NCBI GenBank assembly: GCA_002633005.1
Contig: NMRA01000324.1
Span: 130,052 to 194,051, forward strand
Direction of reading: 5' to 3'
From: Phoronis australis
Taxonomy: Eukaryota; Animalia; Phoronida
DNA length: 64,000 nucleotides
The notes beneath the pieces are model-generated. The model made no database searches, was not told the origin of the DNA, and was given only the letters and a program-made list of their open reading frames with translations. The position numbers were made by a program, and so were the translations under genes. Shown piece after piece: positions 36,760 to 49,802 of the stretch. Every line of letters starts with the position of its first letter. Positions within the stretch are counted from its first letter, which is position 1.

Positions 36760-38030
36760 TAGATATACTGTCAGAGGTCCTGAAGTCGTGAGTGCCCTAA
36801 GGTCATGAACGATCTTATTTCCGCTTCAGCGCTGTACTGCGACATCTAGCGTTGAAGTTTCCAGCGTTCGTCTGCTTACGAACGTCAAGCGAATACCCAG
36901 ACGTGTTGATATTCACAATATGAAAATAAACAGTGAGTGAGTGGCTTCTTTTTACAATTGTTTCTTAAAACAGCATATTTCACCAATCCACTTTTTTGTG
37001 CATTTTCAGAATATATATTTTCGAAACTAAACATCATTCAGATTTGCTGTAACAAGTGTTCCTGGAGTGGCTGGAACAATGTATCAAAATGTCCCAGGGT
37101 CAATCAAGTTTTGTAAGGCCAAAGCAATAAAATACATGGGTTCTTTGCGTTTTATGTAAACAACCTCATTGAAAACGTCTGTGCAAATCGAAGTTGGGTG
37201 CAAAATATATAAGTTAACAATTTATTTCAATTGAAACTGAAATAATAAACAATGCAATGCATTTTTATGTAGACTAAAGTAACTGTAGTTGATTTATGTG
37301 GTCTTATTTCGTGCATACTTGTCTAAACGAAATGGTCACAACGTTAGGGCCTCATTCAAAATGGTCGGCGATATACCGTTTCAAAACTCTGCTTACGGAG
37401 ACAAACAAGGATTAAGATTGGCAAAACACACATATTTGTAAAGGTTGACATATGTCCATGACATCACATGAGCAGTTGCAAACGGACACTGGGTAGTATG
37501 ACAATCAGCTGCTTTTTATGCTTATATACACGACTTTAGGTCACCGGTGTCTAGATAAACAAAAATAATCTCTCCATGCACTGCAGCAAATGCCGTGGGA
37601 CGTGAACTTGTCGGCTGAACATGCACTTCGACGATCTAATGTACTTTTGCAACAGGAATGTTATGTCTCATATGTACATTGTGATTCCAAGACATTCAAT
37701 CTCAATAAGGCATCAGCGATCTAATATTGAAAATTAACAAGACATAGTTAGATTAGAGGACACATACCACCAAAGGAAGGAGCCATCTTGAATCACACGA
37801 TTCGCCACCTTGTGGCGACGATGCGACACCTTGTGGCGAATACTTTCAGACGCGGGCAATTAGTTCAAAACAAACCCACGTGGTCCAAGTCAGACAGTTC
37901 TTTAAGCGGTGTAAGTTACTTGTGGCCTCAAAAAAGCAGTAATTTCAGTTTTAGCCCAGGCACCTCGTTACGTCGTGCATTTAATGTTTAGAATGTTAAG
38001 ATTAATTGATGTTATTTATGCGTGTATTTT
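36760..38030. promoter_or_regulatory. Probable shared divergent promoter region of SUPT20H and the OTUD4-like gene
   Basis: Head-to-head first coding exons ~2 kb apart, each preceded by an acceptor (so 5'UTR exons should lie here); paired gccaccttgtggc-type motifs at 37800-37841. Confidence 0.55.
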
Positions 38031-38045
38031 AGCCATTTTCAAGAC

Positions 38046-38186
38046 ATGAGGCGTTTAAATATGGTGAAAACAAGTTGTCCTCAAGCGCAAGGTGACCCTT
38101 TTGACATGTTTCTTTCAACGCGAGGTTTTTGGAGAAAACCCATTGCACAAGATGGTTCCTGCCTATTTCGTGCTGTTTCTGAACAG
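38046..38186 (+). CDS. OTUD4: OTUD4-like coding exon 1 with catalytic Cys box DGSCLFRAVSEQ
   Basis: ttttag acceptor ending at 38032, ATG at 38046, CAG|gtgcgt donor. Confidence 0.88.
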
Positions 38187-41100
38187 GTGCGTACTGTAAG
38201 CAGGGAGTGTTAAAAGCTGTTGTAGCGTGTAACGTGTAATAATATAAAGCAATAAATGTTAAGCTAAGTCAGTGTATATTGCAAGTGTGCGTTGGGTATA
38301 GTAGGCCGCCACGTTGTCGGACAGTACCGCCATCTAAGGCTAGTTATTGTAACGTAACATCTCACCCCTTAGATTAGAACACGGAATGACTAGACTAAAA
38401 GAAACTGCACCTAACAGGCCCATGGCCATAGCCAGGGGGGGGGGGGGGGGGGNNNNNNNNNNNNNNNNNNNNNNNNNNNNNNNNNNNNNNNNNNNNNNNN
38501 NNNNNNNNNNNNNNNNNNNNNNNNNNNNNNNNNNNNNNNNNNNNNNNNNNNNNNNNNNNNNNNNNNNNNNNNNNNNNNNNNNNNNNNNNNNNNNNNNNNN
38601 NNNNNNNNNNNNNNNNNNNNNNNNNNNNNNNNNNNNNNNNNNNNNNNNNNNNNNNNNNNNNNNNNNNNNNNNNNNNNNNNNNNNNNNNNNNNNNNNNNNN
38701 NNNNNNNNNNNNNNNNNNNNNNNNNNNNNNNNNNNNNNNNNNNNNNNNNNNNNNNNNNNNNNNNNNNNNNNNNNNNNNNNNNNNNNNNNNNNNNNNNNNN
38801 NNNNNNNNNNNNNNNNNNNNNNNNNNNNNNNNNNNNNNNNNNNNNNNNNNNNNNNNNNNNNNNNNNNNNNNNNNNNNNNNNNNNNNNNNNNNNNNNNNNN
38901 NNNNNNNNNNNNNNNNNNNNNNNNNNNNNNNNNNNNNNNNNNNNNNNNNNNNNNNNNNNNNNNNNNNNNNNNNNNNNNNNNNNNNNNNNNNNNNNNNNNN
39001 NNNNNNNNNNNNNNNNNNNNNNNNNNNNNNNNNNNNNNNNNNNNNNNNNNNNNNNNNNNNNNNNNNNNNNNNNNNNNNNNNNNNNNNNNNNNNNNNNNNN
39101 NNNNNNNNNNNNNNNNNNNNNNNNNNNNNNNNNNNNNNNNNNNNNNNNNNNNNNNNNNNNNNNNNNNNNNNNNNNNNNNNNNNNNNNNNNNNNNNNNNNN
39201 NNNNNNNNNNNNNNNNTCACAACTTTGACTCTGGTGTCTCGCTGATACTGGCAATGCGATCATCACAACTTTGACTCTGGTGTCTCGCTGATACTGGCAA
39301 TGCGATCATCACAACTTTGACTCTGGTGTCTCGCTGATACTGGCAATGCGATCATCACAACTTTGACTCTGGTGTCTCGCTGATTCTGGCAATGCGATCA
39401 TTACAACTTTGTCTGATTCTGGTATCTCGCTGGTTCTGGCAATGCGATCATTACAACTTTCTCTGACTCTAGTGTCTTGCTGGTTGTGGCAATGCGATCA
39501 TCACAACTTTGTCTGTCTCTGGTGTCTCGCACTCTTTGATCCTGGTGAAGTAATTAAAGCCACTCTGAGCACTGCTGAAAAACCAGCGATGAAAATTCTT
39601 GCATGTTTCCCTAATGTAAACGAATTATTCATGGCGTGATTGTTGGAATGTATTTATTAGGTTGGCATAAATTGTCAGAATTACCACTGTGCTGTTTTTG
39701 TAAAATAAACAACGGATTGTAACCATGTCAGCAGCTGTAGGATCTTTATGAACTTTTTACAGGTGTTTTCTTATAAATCTGACAATAGCTTCCCTAGGCA
39801 ATTACATTGCCCAGTAATGTCACAGAAATACAGTGGCAATGTACACCCCATTAAGAAGTTACTCATCTCAAAATACAGTGAATGAAATCGAATGAAGCGT
39901 AATGCATACACATGGAGACATACATATCCTTGAAAATCTGTTACGGTTCGCTTGAGCTTCCTTCACCAGAACCATTTTGAGGAAGTTATGTGAAATCATG
40001 CCTGTTGACGAACAAAATGTTCAAGGGACACAAATTTTCCAAGTTCTATCTGATATTTTTCCATGTTTCGCAAGGTCTTGCACTTGGTTTTGCCTCTAGA
40101 TATCACTTGAAATACTTTGTGGTTATGGTTCGCAGTGAAAAAGTTAACAATCACAAAAAGTCTGGCTAGAATTTTTCTCCAAAGTCATTAAATTCTCGTA
40201 GACGAGCTTTAACGAGAATATGAGTCGAACTGTAAAAGATCACCAAAAAAATTTAGTGCTTGCTTAAGGGCTAATTTTGAGTGTGTTTTTGACGAGGTGA
40301 AAACCTCTTGTTCAGGGAGTGGCTTTGGCCTTTAAAAATACATGGGATGAGAATAGTACACAAAGCGATGGGGAGTATTGTAGCCTCTGTGTTAAGCCAC
40401 TCAAGGGGCTACATGTTGCCTTATGGCTAAATGACCACAGCAGTTTGGATAGCTATAACTACCGCTGTGCCACCTAGTGGCAATAAGTTTTTATTTGATA
40501 TGGAGTTCCTTGGTGCCTTGGTGAATTTTTATGCACCCACATATTTACCATGTGGTCGCATATTTCTGCCATCTCTTTCTGGGCATCCGGCGTTTGCAGC
40601 TGTATCTCCTAAACCCCGCACAAGTTCTTGATGAGATTTAGCACATGTCAAGTGTTCCTATGAAGCTGACAACAGGACGATGAATTTCGAACCTCTCCGA
40701 CTACCGCTGTGCCCCCTTGTGGCAAGTTTATTTCTTTATGTTAATTACTGCAGTCTGTATCTTCGGAGGTCCTCAACAGATTTTCATAAAGTTAGGCAGT
40801 TAGGCATCTGTTAGTGAGGTGATGCCATCCTCCCGCTTTCCGATGAATTCGAAGTACTGTTCGCCACTCAGTGGCCAGTTTTACTGTTTTTGAGTCTGTT
40901 TTTTTTTGGTGTCCGCCCTTCTATCAACCAAACCGCGCTGTAGGGATGATTTTGAAAATGGGCGTATACGTTCTTACTGTGAAGAGGGCAGCTGACGGTG
41001 ATTTTCCGACGATTTCAACTACTCTGGTGCCTCCTATTGGCAGTTTTGTTTGTTTTTGTGCTCATGGCTGTATCTCCTAAACGCTCTACATGATCTTCGT

Positions 41101-44100
41101 TGAATTTTTCTGGTGTATTTATATAAAAATGACAACAGAGGACGGCGACTTTCAGACATATCGGACAACCAGTGTGCCCTCTAGTGGCAATTTTAGTTTT
41201 TTACGTTTACCTCTGGATCTTCAAAGGTTGTCATTTGATTTTCATAAAATCTGGCAGATAGGCATCTATTAGTGAAGTGAGGTTATCATCTGGTTTTCGG
41301 TTGAATTCGAGGCATTTTGTGGCACCTAGTGGCCATTTTTTTACTATTTTCTAGTCTGTTTTTTGGCCTCTGCCCCTCTGTCAACCAAACCAACCTAAGG
41401 ATGATTGTAGAAATTGGCATGTAATGTTCCTAATGTGAAGAGGAGGGGTGATAATGATTTTCCGACGACTTCGACAATTGTGGCGCCTCCTAGTAGCAGC
41501 TTTTTACGCTCATGGCTGTATCTCCTAAACCCTCTGAAGGATCTTTATTAAATTTAGCAAGTGTATTTACATGAACTTGACAGCAAACGACGACTTTCGG
41601 ATGGATCCGACTACCGGTCTCCCCCCTTGTGGCAATTTTAGTTTTTTTAATTTTACCTCTGTATCTTCAAAGGTCCTCAACAAATTTTTATAAAATTTGG
41701 CAGATTGGCATCTATTAGTGAGCTGACGCCATCCTACGGTTTTTGGTGTGATTCGTGGTATTTTGCGCCACTTATAGTGGCCATTTTTATTGTTTTCGAG
41801 TCTTGTTATTTGGTGTCTGCCGCTCTGTCAACCAAACACTATAAGGAGGGTTGTGGAAATTGGGATGTATGTTCCTAATGAGAAGAGGAAGTCTGACGAT
41901 GATTTTCCGACGACTTCATGTACTGTATAAGCACCTCTTAGTGGTAAATGTTTTTTTTGCACCTATAGCCTCTTAGTGGCAATTTATTTTTTTTTGTTTT
42001 CCGCTGTTTCTCAGAAGTTCCTTGACAGATTTTTATGAAATTTGGTAAAATAATTAGTAGTTTTGATGACACATACCAGTTTTCGGATGGATTCGATGTA
42101 TTTAGTATCATCTATTGTCATTTTTGTTGTTCCAAATAAGCACCCCTAGCAGGACACCGTTTGCAGTGCATTCGTGGACGCATTTCAACGCTCTGCGTTG
42201 CTCTGTTATGAAATTTGCCGAATAATTGTGTACAATATTTAGCGAGACAATAACATCTTCCTATAATTTCAGACAGGTGTGACGTAATCTGTACCATCCA
42301 TCTGTGGTAACAAAAATCTTCCTTAGAAGCACATCATTTGTGCTGCTGCCATGGGCGCATTTAATTAATTAATTTACAAAATGCCAAATAATGTCTTTTA
42401 CTAGGATTGCAGTGTTATATAACATAACAAGAGCAACCTGGAGCCTTGAAGTGCACTCATAACTGCAACACAAACAGAATCAAGGGATGGATTGTATTCT
42501 GATTTTTGTCCATAACTAAAACTAAAACCAAATTTATGATATTTGCTACTAGAATATCTAAATTCCATTTGAAATCTGTAGTTCCATGAAAGGAGTCAGT
42601 TTCTGTGAATTTACGCTCTGTTTTTGTAATGATTCATATTCTTTGTAGGTCTTCTGTTCACAAGCTTGTCACTTACAAGTTCGAAGAGCCTGTGTCGGAT
42701 ATATGAGGACTAATAAAGAGAAGTACTTTGGGCGGGTAATTTAACATGATAAATCTGGTCCTCGTCTGTATTGTTACGTAGGACCTTATTGATAAATCTG
42801 AGTGTTTAGCCAAATATCCACAGATTTTGACTGAGTTTGTAAAAGTACATTTTCTGAAGGTAGAAAATCTGGAATTTTGATTTTTGACTTTTATCAAGAA
42901 TCTGCCATCAATTCCATCACGTGACCATGTCTCCTTAGTAAAATAAGAAAATACATAGATCGCAAAACAATGAGTAAATGTGATCAAATTTTGTTTCTTA
43001 GAAATGTTCCAGATGAGATCTCAAAAAGTTTTATTCTCTAAAATATTTCGTTATCGTTTTATGCAACTTGGGATTTTTTCATCTAAAACATAGAAGCCGT
43101 GGTTTTGTTAGCTCCTGTCAGACATTTTAAAAACAATTCCTCAATAGAGTTTTGAGAACATTGTGTAACGTTGATCAGCCATTTCAGAGATACAGCGTTC
43201 CGAAGTTAGCCGAATTTGGAAATTGTTCCAGAGTCCTGCATTATTTTAAAAGCTAATTAAAGGAGCATGCCACACAAAAAACAACCTAATTTGTATCAAT
43301 TTAGATCGAGTAGTTCTACTCCATAATGACACGTACGGTTGCGTTACCTGACGGCAGACGGAGGTGTTGAAATTATCCAATGACGTCATCGGTTTCAAAC
43401 GCAGTCTGTTCAGCAGTTCACAACACGGGTTACTGGTGTCAGCTTATCGCTTGAAGTCATCGTTTAACACCAATAAATCATTAAACTTCGATGTAAAACA
43501 CTTAAAAATACACAGAGTTCTTATAAAAACGTGTTGTTTTATTTCGCTCTTACGGATTTATTGGTATTTGGACACATCATAGCCTACAAAGTTCGGCAGG
43601 CCAATCAAGGTCCGTAGCAGGAGTTTGGGGTCTGTTCGGAGATAATTTCGAAGTATTTTCCGTGAGATACAGACAGGAGTGTTGTTTAGACTTGTGATTT
43701 TTTGAGTTCTAAACACAAAATGCTCGTTATCCTGGCCAGTGGCTCGAAGCCCGATCAGGCCCGTCGCGGCCGGCCGGATCGACTCGTTATACCGGCGGCC
43801 AGTGGCTCGGAAACTGATCAGACATCACGAACATAAACCAACCAAAGTTCAGTGGAAACTAAACTTTCAGTCAAGAAAATACTATACTAGTGAGCCAAAG
43901 TAATGTGCACCTGATTATGTTGGCGAATAATTAGCCACGAAACTGCAAATCTACTTACTCGTCGGGGGCCGCGATTTAGGTCGTGTTCCGCTTTGGCTAC
44001 AGCACCGTCAGGGCAGAAGTTTTACATTGACAATCATTATTTGAGTAATGTAAATGTAAATAAAGATTCCCCTAACACCTGGCCGTGAGATGGAAATCGA

Positions 44101-47100
44101 TTTTTTTCACAACAGTTTCTGCCAGCAAACACTAAATTAGCATGAGCTCACACGGCCTCGGTGTCCCGTCAATTATTTTTATTGCACCTAAAGCTGCGGT
44201 AACGCAGTGATTTATTCATTGCTGGCTTCTCAAATCATTTGCACTCACGAACACTCCAAAGACATTACACATTGCATCTAATGAGATAGACTTTGTTTCA
44301 GTTTTATATAAGTATTGATTAGGGTGAGAATAATTCATTTTGAGAAAGAACGCTCAGTAATAAACGCCAACATGGCAACTCACAATCCCGACTTAGGATG
44401 AGCTAGAGCTCATCAGTTCTGACTTAGCAGGTGGATCATTAAGTTTTACAAGCTATCAATTCGAACGGGATGAAGAAATACTAGAGAGGCGCCGTGAACA
44501 AACTCAGACAAAGGAACGTATGGAGCTATTTGGTAAGCCGGTATTCGTCAGGCACTGTCGACGTCTGCAGGCCACAGACACGGAGATGTTTCACGGCCTC
44601 ATACCTGCTATTTACAGCGTACATTTCATTCTTCACTACCATGAGCCACTTCCTAAGCATTTCGGACTCTCGAGGAAGTAAAAAAAAAAACGATATACCC
44701 GCTTTCCTCGCAGCTGCTTAGTTCGGACAAGCGGGAACGATGCACCGCAACATAGCGGCATTCACTCTGCATATGAACCACTGACGTCGCTAGCGTCGTT
44801 TCTCACCTTCCTCACAGGTTAATGCGACACCTCTTGGCAAGGTAAGGTCGACCGTATGCGAGGTGATGTGGATATAGACCGATTAAGACAGCAAAAAAGA
44901 CTAATTAAATCGGGTGGCATTCTCCTTTAAGAGCAGCTTATGTTGGTGGTTGAGTCTCTTGGGTGCTATGCAGTGCTACCGTCTGAACTGGGCTAGATTG
45001 CTCCCATGGCATGTCAGCTCCATTGCACTCTACTGTCAGTGGCGAAATTGTCAAAATCTCATCACCTTTAGTCTTCACTCATTTGTGAATAGATTGTTAA
45101 GTATCACCTAATGTGAGCTGAATATTTGATGTATGTGTGTTGATATTGAGGAAAGTATTAAATGATATATACAAAGATGGTGTGGGTAAATTGTATTGAG
45201 ATTTCCACAAGTTGCAGACTAAATTGCTGCTACGGTGAAGCCTGCTTAATGTCATATCCTCAATTTCTACGTAAATTATCAAAGTAAACAGGATACTTCA
45301 TTAAGCAGGTTCTGACTTGGCTTGATCAGAACAACTCTTGTAAGCTGATCATGATAATTGGAGAGTCTGAGACTAAGACAGATAAAAGGAGACATTGCCT
45401 CTGCATCATTTTTACCCCTGCTGTGCTTTGATCCGATGATTAGTTGATTTTCAATTTTCATGATTTTTATTGACAAGTTATCTGCAAATATGACAATCAT
45501 GACATTATTTGGATTATTTAACATAGATTTAGTGGGAAATGAGTATTTTTTTGACATTTCATGACAAGCGTGGTAAACTGTATAATCATTAATAGTAAGT
45601 GGGCTCCACTGTTGTGTAACACAATAGCATATGGTAACACAGTAGCATATGGTAACACAGTAGCATATGGTAACAATGTCTGTGTGCCAGTCCTGTGTTG
45701 CTATATACAACTTTCCTTCAATCTGTAACTTGCGCTACTTTAGATATAGGGCGTCTACACCTGGAGCACATGCACTTTTGTGACACATTTCATTGACACC
45801 AACCATCTTTGTATTTATTTATTTACCTCACCTACTAATATGGGAATTGTTTTGTCATCTAAATGTTAATTATCTATGCTATTGGGTTGTAACATTTTGA
45901 TCATGTTTCGCTCTACTTTGAACTCTAGGTGACTGAGGAGTACCTGGATGCAATGAAAGACCCTAAGGTAAAAAGTAAGGGCTGTCATTTCGTGAAACGT
46001 TTGTTTTACTTTTGAGTGCCTGTGGACACCTCTAGTGTAACTTAACCTCAGTGCATAGTATCTTTTTTACAACTTAATGGTGGGTAACTAACATTGTCAG
46101 ACTCCAATGTTGGCTTTTCAATGGTTAGGAAATATTCACAATCTAACAGTGCATAATTCGTTTATGTTACTCTGGTGACCTTTGCCCTCTGGATTGTGAA
46201 GGGGGATGTGTATGATGTAATGCACTGAAGCTTGAATGTTCAGCAACTGTTAATGACCAATATTCTCAGAACATATGACGGCTGTCACACTGATTTGCAC
46301 AGAATGAGTTCATCTCAGTTCAATTTCTCACAAATGTACCATGATCAATTACCACAAGTATTGTGTGTTACTGTACTAGCTTGCATTCCCAACATCAAAG
46401 GTCCAACATTGCAAATACGTACACTGACCACCCAAATGGCACACTGACTTCCCAGTATTACATATAGTCTGTGCACCATGTTCATGAATTGGTGAACTGG
46501 TTTGTGGGTGCGTAAGCCACCATGGTGTCTCGCAGTTGGTGAGCATGTTTATGACTAAAAGTGATGTTTTTCGACAGCCTGAAGGTGACATAAATTAAGT
46601 ATATACTTTTAATAAGTAATATTGACCCATCAACTACCATACCTACTTAGTAACTATAAATAATCAGTCAACTTTGGTAATATAGTATACATATACATAT
46701 ACATAATACATATATACATATTATATAATTATATTATTAAAGTTAGCTATCATTAGTTACAAATTAGATCAATGGAAGTTTGGCATAATGGTCAATATTA
46801 CTGAAGTCGACGGATTATTAGTTACTAAATAGATGTATGGTAGTTGGACATAGTCAGGTATAAATATTACTGAAGTCAACTGATCATTGGTTACAAAGTG
46901 GGTAAAGTTGCTCAAGCTTGTTATTGAATTCTAAACATAATTTAAGCCTTTGATATGACTCACCAACAAGCTTGTCTTAATCAAGTGCTACAGTAATAAC
47001 CCTGTGCAGTGGTTCCTTCTACCAACACCAGATGGAAGCAGGATCATGGCTGCTTTTGATTGAGTTAGCATCTGATTCGTCGGTAAGTCAGAAGTCGTCA

Positions 47101-48834
47101 TTGAGAACAAATCAGATATCTTAATAGTTAGTTGTCCCAGCAGATCCAGCAAAGTCAGACAAGTGCAGTCAATGGGTTATTGGTTCTCAAAAGTGTCTCC
47201 TGGTATATTTTGTCCATTAGGTGCCTCCTCAGTCAGACCTGCTCAACAAAATTATCCGTCTAAGTGAATTCTTATTTCAGGAGTACGGTGGCCACCTGGA
47301 AATGACTGCAATGTCTGACATGTACAGGTAAATAACCAAAGGCTTGGAATAGGGAATACCTGGCTTTTATGATCGTGTAGCGACACCAAGCTACTCCCTC
47401 GAGATTAGAACATTTTTAAACTAACAGTTGACCAATGAAGATGAAACATAATTTCTGTTCACATGTATTCATAACCTTGTTATCCATTTGACTGTAATGC
47501 ATTCAGGTCTGAGCTATTCAGAATTCATAGGGAGTAATAAATCATTTATCTTCTCAGCCATTAGCGTTAACTCTTTGTAGTTGTATGACGTGAAGAGCAG
47601 GGTTGACCATACATGTCAATTTCAAAAGACCTATTATATGTGAACGCCACTCATAATTTACAACAATCTACAAAACGGTTAAACACTATGCAGACTAGTT
47701 TACCCCTTCAAGCTTAAAATGTCCACATCACAACAATGGTAAGTTGACTAATGGATTCAAATAGCTGATCATTAATTTCTGTCTAACAAAAACTATTCAC
47801 GTGGTGTCACATATGTCTACTGTATAAAATAACGATTAACTGAAAAAATATCTATATGCCATTTAACAGCCAGGCAATTTTAGATTATTAATGATTATTT
47901 GAATGACAGCTTTGGGGTTTCCTGCAGACAGTCGCATCGACAGATAGGACTAACCATTGTATACAACGAAAAATTTTGACAGTGCGCCCAGGTAGTGTAT
48001 TTTAAGATGATAAAAACTTTTCACTGTAAAATTTAACGCTTTCCCTAGTTTCAAGGAAAGTGGACTCTAAAACCTGAACACTTTCAATAGGTTATGAACA
48101 AACGGTACCTGTAACAGTATTTTTGAGAGCCAAAATTCCCTGCAATTGTCCATTTAAGTGAGCAGACGGCTAATGCATTGACTCATCCTTGCATATATTC
48201 GGCTCTGCCAAATATAATCCCGGGGATATATTTGAATTTAACTTTAAGTCCCCAAATTTACATTTTTGTAATATACGGCTCAGGGATTTTGGTACTTGAC
48301 GGCAATTTTTGGTCACAGAACATCGTGCAAGAAATTGATTTAAAAAACCTGCTGTACTACAAATAACTACTGAGCGATTTTCAAAATGAGGCCAATTATG
48401 TTAAAATTCGACCGCTTAAAGGTTTACTTTCGAGGAGCATCGGTTTCTTCAATTCTGACTGAATCTCAACAAAATCTCAACAGGTGTCGTTCAAATGGCT
48501 TAACAAAATTAGAGGATAGGTTCAATAATATCCTATTTGAATTGACGTTCTTTTATTGCTTTAAAGTTCAGTCAAAGTCTGTTTAGTTTGTTTATTGAAA
48601 ACTACTGCTGCAGCAGTAGATGATGGACAGCGTCATTCAACTTCGAAAGGAAAATTACAAGCGATTTTTCAGAGGTTTTGAATTAAAATTTTTTACATCA
48701 AACTATTATTAGCTAGTTAGTTAAGTGAATGCTTGGATAATTTTTGTTCTTTTTGCTTCAGACGAGACTTTATGGTTTATCAAGAAGTTGGCAAGCTTCC
48801 AGAGAACATGACCAACCAGGGGTTCAGCGAGCAG
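38046..48834 (+). CDS. OTUD4: OTU-domain deubiquitinase, OTUD4/ALG13/otu-like; 5' part (5 coding exons)
   Basis: Joined exons give ...RKPIAQDGSCLFRAVSEQ|VFCSQACHLQVRRACVGYM...|VTEEYLDAMKDPK|EYGGHLEMTAMSDMYR|RDFMVYQE...FSEQ, collinear with the OTUD4 OTU domain (DGSCLF catalytic Cys box). Confidence 0.85.
38453..39216. other. Assembly gap (N run)
   Basis: Run of n bases. Confidence 1.
39217..39530. repeat. 46-bp minisatellite abutting the assembly gap
   Basis: tcacaactttgactctggtgtctcgctgatactggcaatgcgatca. Confidence 0.88.
40440..42207. mobile_element. Helentron/HINE-like non-autonomous element with ~150-bp subunits forming a ~455-bp higher-order repeat
   Basis: Recurring gctgtatctcctaaac / ctgtatcttc / gattttccgacga blocks; the end gcatttcaacgctctg recurs at ~63234. 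Confidence 0.5.
42649..42735 (+). CDS. OTUD4: OTUD4-like exon 2 (VFCSQACHLQVRRACVGYMRTNKEKYFGR)
   Basis: ttgtag/gtaatt; 87 nt; H..VR..C..Y motif. Confidence 0.88.
43261..44926. mobile_element. Non-autonomous Kolobok-like DNA transposon, copy 1
   Basis: TTAA|AGGAGCATGCCAC ... GTGGCATTCTCCT|TTAA: TIRs with a TTAA duplication; homologous to 49803-50849. Confidence 0.75.
45929..45967 (+). CDS. OTUD4: OTUD4-like exon 3 (VTEEYLDAMKDPK)
   Basis: ctctag/gtaaaa; EEYL..M..P motif. Confidence 0.82.
47281..47327 (+). CDS. OTUD4: OTUD4-like exon 4 (EYGGHLEMTAMSDMY)
   Basis: tttcag/gtaaat; OTU (W/Y)GG..E..A.S motif. Confidence 0.88.
48762..48834 (+). CDS. OTUD4: OTUD4-like exon 5 (RDFMVYQEVGKLPENMTNQGFSEQ)
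   Basis: cttcag/gtgcgt; resembles OTUD4 KDFIIYREP; ends in phase 0. Confidence 0.88.
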
Positions 48835-49364
48835 GTGCGTTAGATTTTGACAGGGCTGCTACAAGTATTATAGAGCTTACTGAAATATTGTAATCAAAAT
48901 ATTCCTAGAAAACAATTTGCAGTTGTGAAGTAAACATTATTTCACTAAATGCATTAAGTTCAGTTTGGGCATTGGTAAGCAGACTTGTTCTATAGGATTT
49001 TAACGTTTGTTCAGTCTGCTAAAAAGCAGGATTGCTTTTTGTTGATTGATATTGAGACTGTTTTTGACTTCATCAATTTTTAACAAATCTTCATTTGTAA
49101 TTTTGGACAGTTGCTCAGAAGGTAGGTAGAATTATTCTTTATATCCATGTATTAAACGGATGTCTTCCTACTTGGTACTCCGTCGTCATCTTTGAAGTGT
49201 AGCCTCTCCTAATTGTTATCTTATTTTGTTTTTCTTACTTGACTACTGAGAACAATGAATTGCTTATAAAACTCAAGTTAAATTTTTTCATTGTTAATCT
49301 AATGAGTGGCTGCTCAGTTCTATAGCAAAAAAGGTACAAGCCCTTTAATTGTACTCACCTATTT

Positions 49365-49680
49365 TTGGTGCACCAACATGGGTGCATATCAAAGCTACAT
49401 CCCACCCCTTACAAATTACAATGCATCAACATGGGTGCATGTCGGCATCACAGCACACCCCTTACAATGCACCAAAAATGGGTGCATGTCAAGCGCCGCT
49501 GCACACCCCTTACAATACATCAACATTGGGTGCATGTCACTGCTGCACCACACCCCTTACAATGCACCAAAAATGAGTGCATGTCAGTGCCACTGCACAC
49601 CTCTTGTAATACATCAACATTGGGTGCATGTCACTGCTGCACCACACCCCTTACAATACACCAACAATGGGTGCATGTCA
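49365..49680. repeat. Degenerate ~45-50 bp minisatellite
   Basis: cacaccccttacaat...tgggtgcatgtca recurring. Confidence 0.8.
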
Positions 49681-49802
49681 GCGCCTCTGCAGTTACTGTA
49701 GTTGTTGATGGTAATCCAATAGGCCAGTTGACAGTCACTGTTATGGGGGTGTACTAGTTGTGTATTGACGCTGGCCACTGAGTGATTAAAGTGCTTTAAT
49801 AA

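Noticed and set aside
38340-39266. ORFs of 269-308 aa
   Set aside because: Artefacts of translating the N gap.
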